Positions 18,211 through 26,501 of a stretch of DNA of 27,787 nucleotides are shown piece by piece. Under the pieces are notes generated by a model, which saw only the letters and a program-made list of their open reading frames with translations, was not told the origin of the DNA and did not search any database. Source of the stretch: Cyanobacteria bacterium P01_D01_bin.156 (GTDB lineage: Bacteria > Cyanobacteriota > Cyanobacteriia > Phormidesmidales > Phormidesmidaceae); the NCBI GenBank assembly GCA_039024555.1, contig JBCCQQ010000075.1:1-27787 (forward strand). The letters are read 5' to 3'. A program made the position numbers and the translations under genes. Position 1 is the first letter of the stretch, and each line of letters starts with the position of its first letter.

Positions 18211-19467
18211 ATGAGAGCAGCCGATTTACTACAAGATGCCTTCCATACCTACCATCAGCAGGTGGGGGTACTGGAACCTGAAAAAATGTGGTCAGATCAG
18301 CAGGCTCCCAAAAAGGTCCTGGCCTTGCTGCGCCAGCGAGATCGCATCCAACATCTGATCGATCAGCTGGCCAAGGAAACCGATACCCCTGAGATCTCCC
18401 CTCAGTTTTGGATGGACCTGTCTGAGGACGATGCGCAGGTGGACGAATGGAACGATCGATTGCTCAAGCTTGAGTCGCTGCCCACCTGGCGCAAAAGTCT
18501 TAAACCCCCTGAGCATCACTGGTGGTGGTATCCCCAACCAGCCAAGCCCAAACCCATTTTAGGATGGCTTTTGGGGGGGCTGACCATTGCCCTGCTCACG
18601 ATTACGTTAGCCCTGGCAAAAGATATTGCCACCCGATTTTTTACTGGGGCTCCGGGGATCTGGAGTTCGATTGGTGCGATCTCACCCGTCGCCTTAGCCC
18701 TATTTGCCACTGGCGGTGTGCTCACCAAAGTGGGTCAGCAGATTGTAGATGCTTATTTGAGTCAGCGGGTGCCCTATCCAAGATTCTGGCCGTTGATCAA
18801 ATTCTCGCTAGCGGTAGCCCTGCTGGCCCTCTTTTTCTGGGGGCACAGTGCCGGGTTGCCCTGGGCCGCAACGCAATATCACGCATTGGGGACTCAACAG
18901 TACTACGAAGAAGGCAAGCTGGCCGATGCCCAGGGCAATTTTGAGCGAGCGCTGCAGCTAAACCCTAACTTCCCGGCTGCGAACCACGATCTGGCAGTGA
19001 CCTATGAAGACCTGCAAGATTTTGAGCAGGCCAAAGCCGAATACGCTAAAGCGATCAAGGCAGGCTATCTAGAGTCGGTCAACAACCTGGCCCGGTTACA
19101 AATTAGCGAAGACGAAGACTTTGAATCAGCGGCGGTCTTGTTGAAAACTGCGTTGGATGATTATAGAAAGCGAGATATTGATGACCCCGAATTAAAATAT
19201 GGCCTTCACAAAAATCTCGGATGGGCCTGGTTCAGGCAAGAACGACTGTTAGAAGCCCAGGGAGAACTGATCAGGGCGATTCGTTTAGAAGAAACCCTGG
19301 AGGGCTCCCGACCAGATGCCCACTGCCTGCTGGCCCAGGTGCTAGAAGCGCAGGAAAAAACTACCGAGGCCCAAGCAGAATGGGAAACCTGCCTGCGCAA
19401 CATCAGTCGTCCAGAAGATGATGTTTGGAAAGGCATGGCGAATAAAGCCCTATCAACAAAGGAGTGA
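18211..19467 (+). CDS. Membrane TPR protein: N-terminal soluble domain, about 3 TM helices, C-terminal TPRs, 418 aa
   Basis: Hydrophobic segments ILGWLLGGLTIALLTITLALA, GIWSSIGAISPVALALFATGGVL and FWPLIKFSLAVALLALFFW. TPRs include FERALQLNPNFPAANHDLAVTYE and KNLGWAWF. Confidence 0.88.
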   Translation: MRAADLLQDAFHTYHQQVGVLEPEKMWSDQQAPKKVLALLRQRDRIQHLIDQLAKETDTPEISPQFWMDLSEDDAQVDEWNDRLLKLESLPTWRKSLKPPEHHWWWYPQPAKPKPILGWLLGGLTIALLTITLALAKDIATRFFTGAPGIWSSIGAISPVALALFATGGVLTKVGQQIVDAYLSQRVPYPRFWPLIKFSLAVALLALFFWGHSAGLPWAATQYHALGTQQYYEEGKLADAQGNFERALQLNPNFPAANHDLAVTYEDLQDFEQAKAEYAKAIKAGYLESVNNLARLQISEDEDFESAAVLLKTALDDYRKRDIDDPELKYGLHKNLGWAWFRQERLLEAQGELIRAIRLEETLEGSRPDAHCLLAQVLEAQEKTTEAQAEWETCLRNISRPEDDVWKGMANKALSTKE

Positions 19468-19601
19468 CCTGATAATGTTTTCAAAGTGCTCACTGAATAA
19501 TGGTAGTCACTCTTCTATGGCCCCCCTTTCTCAAGCGAGGTTGTGGGGATCTCGACGCCTTAAAGCAACTGAGCGATCTCCCTCAGTCCCCCTTAAAAAG
19601 G

Positions 19602-19767
19602 CTACGGTGTACACACAAGTCCTGAAAACTAGCATTTGCAGTTGCCTCACCCCCTCTAACTCCCCCTTGGTAAGGGGGAGAACTGGAGTTTCCCCCCTTA
19701 CCAAGGGGGGATTAAGGAGGGTAAGGCAGAACTTTGAATTCCCTGCCGAGATGTGTGTACACGGTAG
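19602..19767. mobile_element. 166-bp MITE with IS4/IS50-like 19-bp terminal inverted repeats and target-site duplication
   Basis: Left end CTACGGTGTACACACAAGT (19602-19620). Right end reverse complement CTACCGTGTACACACATCT (19749-19767). Direct repeat CCTTAAAAAGG at 19591-19601 and 19768-19778 (or 9-bp CTTAAAAAG if the TIR is extended by 1 bp). No transposase. Confidence 0.88.
19650..19722. repeat. GC-rich hairpin-type cyanobacterial short dispersed repeat inside the MITE
   Basis: TCCCCCTTGGTAAGGGGGA and TCCCCCCTTACCAAGGGGGGA are each self-complementary and inverted relative to each other. Related sequence lies at ~19520-19552 and at the insertion site (TCCCCCTTAAAAAGGGGGA). Confidence 0.7.
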
Positions 19768-19795
19768 CCTTAAAAAGGGGGATGTTCACTCTATC

Positions 19796-20890
19796 GTGAG
19801 ACATCGCCTCACTTGCAATCGACTGTTGCTTATTGGTGCCCTCTCCCTGGTGAGCTGGCTCACCTTCTCAACAGTGGCATGGGCTCGTCTGGCTCGCCTT
19901 CAATCCGTTGAGGGCGGTGTGGTCTATTTAAAGCGTTCGAACTGGTCTGATTTTTATCAGACCTATCCCCCCACGATGCTAAATGGGGATGATTTACTGA
20001 GAATTGAACCTGGCACATTGGTGACCTTGCTGTGTCCTGATAACACTGAAAGTGATACGGTCAGTGCGGGCGTCTCCAGCGTCACCGATGCCTGCCCAGA
20101 TACCCCCCGTCGGGTGCGGCCTGTGTTTGGGGTCAGCGATACCTGGAGCGCAACCGATCCAGAGATTCCCTACGTCATCACCCCTTGGTCAGGTCAGGTG
20201 TTAACGCCGACCCCCCATCTACGCTGGAATGCGGTGGCAGGAGCTCGGCAATATACGATTACGCTACAAAAGCGAGTCGGCGCTGACTGGTCTGATGTAT
20301 GGACGGTGATCAGCGATCAGACCGTGCTCTGCTACCCGGCCAATCAGCCAGCGTTGGAGTTGGGTGCAGAATATGCCTTGCGGGTTGTGGCGGGTACCGG
20401 CACTGCGTCATCCCAGGAGTGGATACCCACAGCGGTCTTTAGCTTAGTTGGGGGGCGAGAACTCGCCGATGCTGAAGCTGAGATCGCTGCTGTCAGGTCT
20501 ATAGAGGCCCCTGAAGCGTTCAAAACAGTGCTCCTGGCCGAAGAGGTGTATCCCAAATATAAGCTTTTTGCCCAGGGTATTGATGAGCTGCTGAGCTTGA
20601 TTGAGTCGGGGGCAGAGACGGCTCATATTTATCGACTTTTAGGGGATTATTACATCCGCAGCGGGCAGGCATTGCCCACCGAAGATAGCTATCTAAAAGC
20701 ACTGACATTAGCCGAAGCCGAAGACCATTTAGAAGAACAGGTCAAGGTACGCTGGGGGTTGGGAACGCTGTATAACCGGATAGGTCAACCAGAGCAGGCT
20801 CGAGAGCAGCTACTGACAGCCCAGCAAGGGGCAACTGAGCTAGGCGATACTGATTTAATTGCCAGCATCGAAGCAGAGCTGGAAAAATGA
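19796..20890 (+). CDS. Exported protein with beta/Ig-like (DUF928-like) middle region and C-terminal TPR; alternative in-frame start ATG 19475
   Basis: GTG 19796 gives a clean signal peptide (MRHRLTCNRLLLIGALSLVSWLTFSTVAWA-R). PYVITP...PHLRWNAVAGARQYTITL motif and C-terminal TPR helices (LLGDYY..., GLGTLY...). The upstream part of the track ORF runs through the MITE. Confidence 0.82.
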   Translation: MRHRLTCNRLLLIGALSLVSWLTFSTVAWARLARLQSVEGGVVYLKRSNWSDFYQTYPPTMLNGDDLLRIEPGTLVTLLCPDNTESDTVSAGVSSVTDACPDTPRRVRPVFGVSDTWSATDPEIPYVITPWSGQVLTPTPHLRWNAVAGARQYTITLQKRVGADWSDVWTVISDQTVLCYPANQPALELGAEYALRVVAGTGTASSQEWIPTAVFSLVGGRELADAEAEIAAVRSIEAPEAFKTVLLAEEVYPKYKLFAQGIDELLSLIESGAETAHIYRLLGDYYIRSGQALPTEDSYLKALTLAEAEDHLEEQVKVRWGLGTLYNRIGQPEQAREQLLTAQQGATELGDTDLIASIEAELEK

Positions 20891-21082
20891 TGTAATCACT
20901 CTGAAAACTTTCGGAATATCCAGCAAAATATGTGTAACTTAGGGGTATTCCCCACTAAATCAGTGAATAACAGAAAGTCTTGAATAAAGAACAACAGGTA
21001 ATTGGAGCTATCTCATTTTAGTAATCATGCTCCACACCCATTTCCTTCCACTAACCTAACAGTACATATAGGAAATCTTTCT

Positions 21083-23704
21083 ATGGTTGTCTTACGCAGG
21101 TCTGTAGCATCTTTAGTAACAGCTTTACTCATGCTGATACTGCCTGTTGTGATAGCTCCTAGGACGGGCTTAGCTATTCTTCTGGCCCAATCTATCGGGG
21201 AACAGATGGCTGATGCTTCGGATTTTCTAACAGAGGGACTTCATCACCGTAGTCTACTGAGATTCAATGATGCATTAAATTCATTTGAAAGAGCTCTGTC
21301 AATTTACCAAGCGATTCAATCTGCATCAAGAGTGCCTGACCGAACTCGACAGATTGCCAGACGGGGAGAAGCTGATACCCTCCGAGAAAGGGGGCGTTTA
21401 TTAATTGAGCTGGATGATTATGAGGCGGGTCTTGCAGACTACAATCAAAGCCTTGCCATCTATCGCGAACTTGAAAATAAGGCATATGAAGCAACAACTC
21501 TGAATAGCCTTGGCGTTGATCAGTATACTCAAAGAAAATATACTCAAGCTCGAGAAAGTTTTGAACAAAGCTTAGAGATTCATCGCCAGATTCCAAATAA
21601 TCCTATCTATCAACAAGCAAGTTTACTCAACAATATTGCCTTAACATATCAAGCAGAAGAAGACTACAACAATGCATCAATCACATACGAAAGAAGTCTT
21701 GAAATATATGAATCCTGTTTACCTCTTCCAAAATGTGAAGAAGGAATTGGTAATGTTTTTAGCAATATTGCCTCATTTTATAATGAGACCGGCAATCACG
21801 ATTCAGCAATATTTATCTATCAAAGGCTTTTCCCAATAGCTAGCTCAACACTTCAATTCGATATCCTGTACAGTTTAAGCACTATTTTCTACAATCAGGG
21901 TACCGATGCTTTAGAAGCACTGGAAGAGGATTCAGAAGAATATTACTTACAGGCTCTTGTATACTTCCAAGAATCCTTAGCTAGCATTCGAAAAGAAGTC
22001 TCCAACCGTGATAAGCGAGTAGATGAAGCTTTAGCACTTAATAGCATTGGAATCCTCTTAAATCACCTCGATGAAACAGAATTATCAATTATTTTCTTAA
22101 AGCAGACAGTCAATGTTTATGAGTCAATTCGTGCTGATAACCGCGACCTTTCAGAGGACTTACAAGAATCCTATTTCACCAAATTTGACGATGCTTATCG
22201 GTTGTTAGCCGAGCTATTGTTAAAACATGACCGTATTCTGGAAGCTCAGCATGTTTTAGACCTGCTGAAGGAGCAGGAACTCAATAACTACCTGCGGGGT
22301 GTGCGCAGTTCTGATAGTGCTCGAGAAGGTACAGAACTGGTGCTTGCTGAGACCATAATTGTCAGTGCCCACAACACCCTGATTGACCAGATTATTGCCA
22401 ATGGTAAACGCCTGAGTGAGTTGGAGGCTAAACCTACCCTCACCGATGCCGAGTCGAATGAACTCGTTGGCCTGCAAGCTGAACAGCGGCAAATTCTACA
22501 AGATTTTAATGCTTTCAAAGATAGCGAAATTGTACGAACGCAAGTTGCCTTACTCAGCCCGCAAGAACGTAGCCAGACTATCCCGATAGAACAGCTTCCC
22601 GCCCTACAGGATAACTTAAGTGAGATTCCCCAGGGGGCAGTGCTCCTATATCCCTTCATACTCGATAATAGTTTGGAACTTATTGTCACCTCTCCTTATT
22701 CACCTCCTGTTCGGCATACGGTAAATGTCTCTCACCTTGAAATCAACGATGCCGTCCAAGCCTTTCGCTACGCCTTAGAAGAGCCCACCCGCGATGCCCT
22801 TACCCCAGCCCAAACCTTGTATAACTGGCTGATCGCTCCTATCGAAGCTGACTTAAAAGCAGCTAGGGTCAACACCATCATCTACGCTCCCGACCGTTCT
22901 TTACGCTACATTCCCCTCGCCGCTCTCCACGATGGCGAGCAGTGGCTGGCCGAGCGCTATCGCATCAATCACATCACTGCCGCCAGCCTCACCGACCTCA
23001 ACACCCCGCCCAGGTCAACCCCCAGTCTCCTGGCCGGTGCCCTCACTGAGGGACCGCTGACCGTCAGCGTGGGTGACAATCAGTATCGGTTTAACCTGTT
23101 AGAGCATGTCGATGATGAAGTCAACCACATCGCCGAGCTATTTCCAGGTAGCACCCCACTATTAGATACTGATTTTAATCGTACCCGGATTGAGCGCGAT
23201 GCCAATTGCCACTCCATTCTCCATCTGGCTACCCACGCTAAGTTTCTAATCGGTCAACCGGAAGATTCTTTTATTCTCTTCAGCGATCAAGAACGCTGGA
23301 CCCTGCAAGATTTCAAAGAGGGTCTCCTTAACCTGACGCGAGTCGATTTGGTGGTGCTCAGCGCCTGCGAAACCGGCGTAGATAACACCTTTGGCAATGG
23401 GGAAGAAATACTCGGCTTTGGCTACCTGATGCAGACCGCTGGCGCAAGGGCTTCCATGGCTTCTTTATGGGCCGTTGACGACGGCGGTACCCAAATTCTG
23501 ATGACTGAGTTTTACGATGGCCTGGTGCGTGGCAACCTCGGCAAGGCCGAGGCATTGCAGCAGGCCCAAATGGCTCTGATTCGCCTGGGTGAGGAGCGTG
23601 ATCGGGGTGGGCTGGAGCTGGCCAATGCCATTGGTCTGGACCCCAATGATTTATCCCATCCCCACTATTGGGCACCGTTTATTCTGATTGGCAATGGGCT
23701 ATGA
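21083..23704 (+). CDS. Exported TPR-CHAT protease of a second CHAT subtype (coiled-coil linker), ~873 aa
   Basis: ATG 21083 preceded by AGGAA, hydrophobic leader, TPRs, LDLLKEQEL linker, LRYIPLAALHDG, ILHLATHA, VVLSACETG, HPHYWAPFILIGN. Confidence 0.92.
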   Translation: MVVLRRSVASLVTALLMLILPVVIAPRTGLAILLAQSIGEQMADASDFLTEGLHHRSLLRFNDALNSFERALSIYQAIQSASRVPDRTRQIARRGEADTLRERGRLLIELDDYEAGLADYNQSLAIYRELENKAYEATTLNSLGVDQYTQRKYTQARESFEQSLEIHRQIPNNPIYQQASLLNNIALTYQAEEDYNNASITYERSLEIYESCLPLPKCEEGIGNVFSNIASFYNETGNHDSAIFIYQRLFPIASSTLQFDILYSLSTIFYNQGTDALEALEEDSEEYYLQALVYFQESLASIRKEVSNRDKRVDEALALNSIGILLNHLDETELSIIFLKQTVNVYESIRADNRDLSEDLQESYFTKFDDAYRLLAELLLKHDRILEAQHVLDLLKEQELNNYLRGVRSSDSAREGTELVLAETIIVSAHNTLIDQIIANGKRLSELEAKPTLTDAESNELVGLQAEQRQILQDFNAFKDSEIVRTQVALLSPQERSQTIPIEQLPALQDNLSEIPQGAVLLYPFILDNSLELIVTSPYSPPVRHTVNVSHLEINDAVQAFRYALEEPTRDALTPAQTLYNWLIAPIEADLKAARVNTIIYAPDRSLRYIPLAALHDGEQWLAERYRINHITAASLTDLNTPPRSTPSLLAGALTEGPLTVSVGDNQYRFNLLEHVDDEVNHIAELFPGSTPLLDTDFNRTRIERDANCHSILHLATHAKFLIGQPEDSFILFSDQERWTLQDFKEGLLNLTRVDLVVLSACETGVDNTFGNGEEILGFGYLMQTAGARASMASLWAVDDGGTQILMTEFYDGLVRGNLGKAEALQQAQMALIRLGEERDRGGLELANAIGLDPNDLSHPHYWAPFILIGNGL

Positions 23705-26217
23705 CCATCCAGACCTTGGCAATCTGGCGATGGCTTTTGCTGGTGTCAGTGATGGGTTCTCCGGTTTTCTTTGAACTCATTGGGATTGATCCGGTGTTAC
23801 CCGAGATCGCCCAGGAACCCTCAAGACAGCTACAACTAGCCGAAGCCGATAGACTTTTGCTGCAGGGGCAAGATCAGTATAGAGCGAGAGAATTTCAAGC
23901 CGCACTGGCGTCTTTAGCTGCGGCACTCGAGCGCTATCACGAAATTGGTGACCAGTCAGGGGAAGCCGACGCTCTAGACAGTTTAGGTTATGTGCACTTT
24001 GTACAAGGCAATTATACGAGCGCGATAGATTTTTACACCCAACACGTCACCGTGATTCAGGCCTTGATTGATGCTGAAGGTCCGAGTGAACCTCTTATCA
24101 GGCAAGCCGCAGCGAGCCTATCTCAATTGGGTGATATCTATCGCTTCTTGGAAAAGTTTCATTTCTCAGTAGATTCATTTGAACAGGCTCTCAGCATCAT
24201 GCGGGATTTGGAGAGGCGAGATCGTCTAGCCGAGGCCTATCTGCTCAATTCACAAGGCGTCAGTTATCAAAAACTAGGTCAATTTTTACGGGCTCAGAAG
24301 AATCATGAGGAAGCCTTAGAAGTTGCCCGGACAATTGAGGCCCCAACCGTTGACAACCAAACTTCGGAGTCCGACCTTGAGGAACAAATTTTTATTTTGG
24401 AATCTACTGCTCTGGGGAATTTAGCAATTGTTTATAACGCCCTTGGCGAGCAGTCTTTAGCGTTATCGCTGCGCAGAGAACATTTAGATCTTGTGATCGA
24501 AATGGGAGATCTTGTAGCACAAGCAAAAGTATTCAATAACCTCGGGGTTGATTACTCACAGTTAGAGCAATACGCCGATGCCCTTGAGTATTTTAGGCAA
24601 GCCTTAGTCTTGGCCCAAGAAGTAGGTAGTGGCGAAACGGAGATTGCCGCATTGAACGGTTTGGGGCGTGGATATACACATCTTCGCCAATATGAAACTG
24701 CTTTTGACCACTTTCAACAGGCCTTGACGATCTCTCAACACAATCACTTTCGGGGAAGTGAAGTTGACGTCCTTACCGACATGGGTTATCTGCATCTATT
24801 TTTGGATGACGCCCCGAACGCTGAAACGGTTTTCTGGCAGGCTGTGCCAATTGCAGAGTCTCTCAGGGATGATGCTCTGCCAGATGTTTTTAAGGTCAGT
24901 CTGTTTGATCTGCAAAGCTCCACCTATGAAGGATTAGAACAGGCTCTAGTTCTTCAAGGTAAAGATGCACGGGCGCTTGAGATCTCAGAGCGCAAAAGAG
25001 CCAGAGCCTTTGTTGATTTGTTGTCTGCCAGCATATCCGAACAGCAGACGGCTCCTTTGCTGGCTGCCCCGCCTGATCTGAAGGCTATTCAGCGAATTGC
25101 GCAGCAAAATCAAAGTGTGCTGGTTGAGTATTCTCTGGTTGAAATCGGGGCAGATAGCCCAGCCATTTATATCTGGGTGGTTCAACCTGATGGACAATTG
25201 GACTTCCATAAAGTTGCTTTAGAAAATGATTCCCTTGATTTGTCCAGCCTAGTCATGAGCAGTCGGGCCGCGATCGGCGATCGCTCACGGGGAGGACTCG
25301 AGCTATCGGCGGATTACGCTGTCAATAACGATCATCTTCGTCAGTTGCACCAACTGCTGATTGAACCGATCGCGGATCTTCTACCCACCGATCCCGAGCA
25401 GCGGGTCGTCTTTATTCCTCAAGGGGAACTGTTCTTGGTGCCTTTTCCAGCACTAATAGATGAGGCCGATACCTACCTGATTGAAAAGCACACCATACTG
25501 ACAGCTCCCTCTATTCAAGTATTGGATTTAAGTTGGCAGCAACGTGAGGCCCAAGCGTTTTCCACAGTCATCAATCCCCAGAACTTACTTTTGGTGGGCA
25601 ACCCTGCCATGCCCGAAGTGTGGAATCCAGAGACCTCAACCACGCAGGCGTTATCCAACCTGCCCGGAGCTGAACAAGAAGCCAGGGCGATCGCGAGCTT
25701 CTTCAACACCACTGCCCTGCTCGGTTCCGCTGCTACTGAGACTGCTGTAAAAGACCAGATTGGTAATGCGCGGATCATTCACCTGGCGACCCATGGCCTT
25801 TTGGAATACGGCAATCCTCAAGATTCTGGAGTGCGGGATGTGCCCGGTGCCATTGCACTCACCCCAGGAGATGGCGAAGACGGCCTGCTCACTGCCGCCG
25901 AAATCATTGAAGAACTCGACCTGAATGCTGAACTGGTCGTTCTGAGTGCCTGTGATACGGGGTTAGGTCAGGTGACTGGCGATGGGGTGATTGGTCTTTC
26001 CCGCTCCTTGATTGCAGCGGGTGCTCCCAGCGTGATCGTTTCTTTATGGTCAGTGCCAGATGCACCCACCGCCGATTTGATGACGGAGTTTTATGACCAA
26101 ATGCGGCAAGGGCAAGACAAGGCCCAAGCCCTCCGACAAGCGATGTTGACGACAATGGCCAACTATCCAAATCCCCGAGGTTGGGCGGCGTTTACACTGA
26201 TCGGCACTGCTGACTAG
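23701..26217 (+). CDS. Exported TPR-CHAT protease, ~838 aa
   Basis: ATGA overlap (23701-23704) with the upstream stop, hydrophobic leader, about 8 TPRs, ERKRARAFVDLL, IHLATHG, VVLSACDTG, WAAFTLIG. Confidence 0.93.
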   Translation: MTIQTLAIWRWLLLVSVMGSPVFFELIGIDPVLPEIAQEPSRQLQLAEADRLLLQGQDQYRAREFQAALASLAAALERYHEIGDQSGEADALDSLGYVHFVQGNYTSAIDFYTQHVTVIQALIDAEGPSEPLIRQAAASLSQLGDIYRFLEKFHFSVDSFEQALSIMRDLERRDRLAEAYLLNSQGVSYQKLGQFLRAQKNHEEALEVARTIEAPTVDNQTSESDLEEQIFILESTALGNLAIVYNALGEQSLALSLRREHLDLVIEMGDLVAQAKVFNNLGVDYSQLEQYADALEYFRQALVLAQEVGSGETEIAALNGLGRGYTHLRQYETAFDHFQQALTISQHNHFRGSEVDVLTDMGYLHLFLDDAPNAETVFWQAVPIAESLRDDALPDVFKVSLFDLQSSTYEGLEQALVLQGKDARALEISERKRARAFVDLLSASISEQQTAPLLAAPPDLKAIQRIAQQNQSVLVEYSLVEIGADSPAIYIWVVQPDGQLDFHKVALENDSLDLSSLVMSSRAAIGDRSRGGLELSADYAVNNDHLRQLHQLLIEPIADLLPTDPEQRVVFIPQGELFLVPFPALIDEADTYLIEKHTILTAPSIQVLDLSWQQREAQAFSTVINPQNLLLVGNPAMPEVWNPETSTTQALSNLPGAEQEARAIASFFNTTALLGSAATETAVKDQIGNARIIHLATHGLLEYGNPQDSGVRDVPGAIALTPGDGEDGLLTAAEIIEELDLNAELVVLSACDTGLGQVTGDGVIGLSRSLIAAGAPSVIVSLWSVPDAPTADLMTEFYDQMRQGQDKAQALRQAMLTTMANYPNPRGWAAFTLIGTAD

Positions 26218-26501
26218 CCAACTTTTTGGGGAGTCTGCCATTAAGGCTAAATCAAATTCCTAGCACCCCGATAGCTTCATTTACGAGTCCTCAAATCCCA
26301 CCATTTTGTTCCGTAATCCCTCTTGGGTGCGGCTCTTTCGGAGTAAATATTTTTAACGTAGAAATAGATATCCAAGTCAATTCTGCTATGTATGAGACAT
26401 CCCAGTGAGGGACCTATGATTTCTAAAGAGGCTAGGTTCGAGTGCTTACCGCCCCTGGGTTGTCGATTGTCAATCCCTATTAACGATGTCGAATTCTCTA
26501 G

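Noticed and set aside
197..26217. Gasdermin or other known CHAT-activated death effector
   Set aside because: No ORF shows recognisable gasdermin, sigma/anti-sigma, TIR or NTPase features; an effector could lie outside the window or be unrecognised.
26226..26408. 60-aa ORF between the last CHAT gene and IS1380
   Set aside because: TTG start, no clear RBS and no recognisable motif.
26430..26460. GGTTCGAGT resembling a tRNA T-loop, or GAGTGCTTAC resembling an IS66 end
   Set aside because: No T-stem pairing or cloverleaf, and no adjacent IS66 sequence; too short to support.
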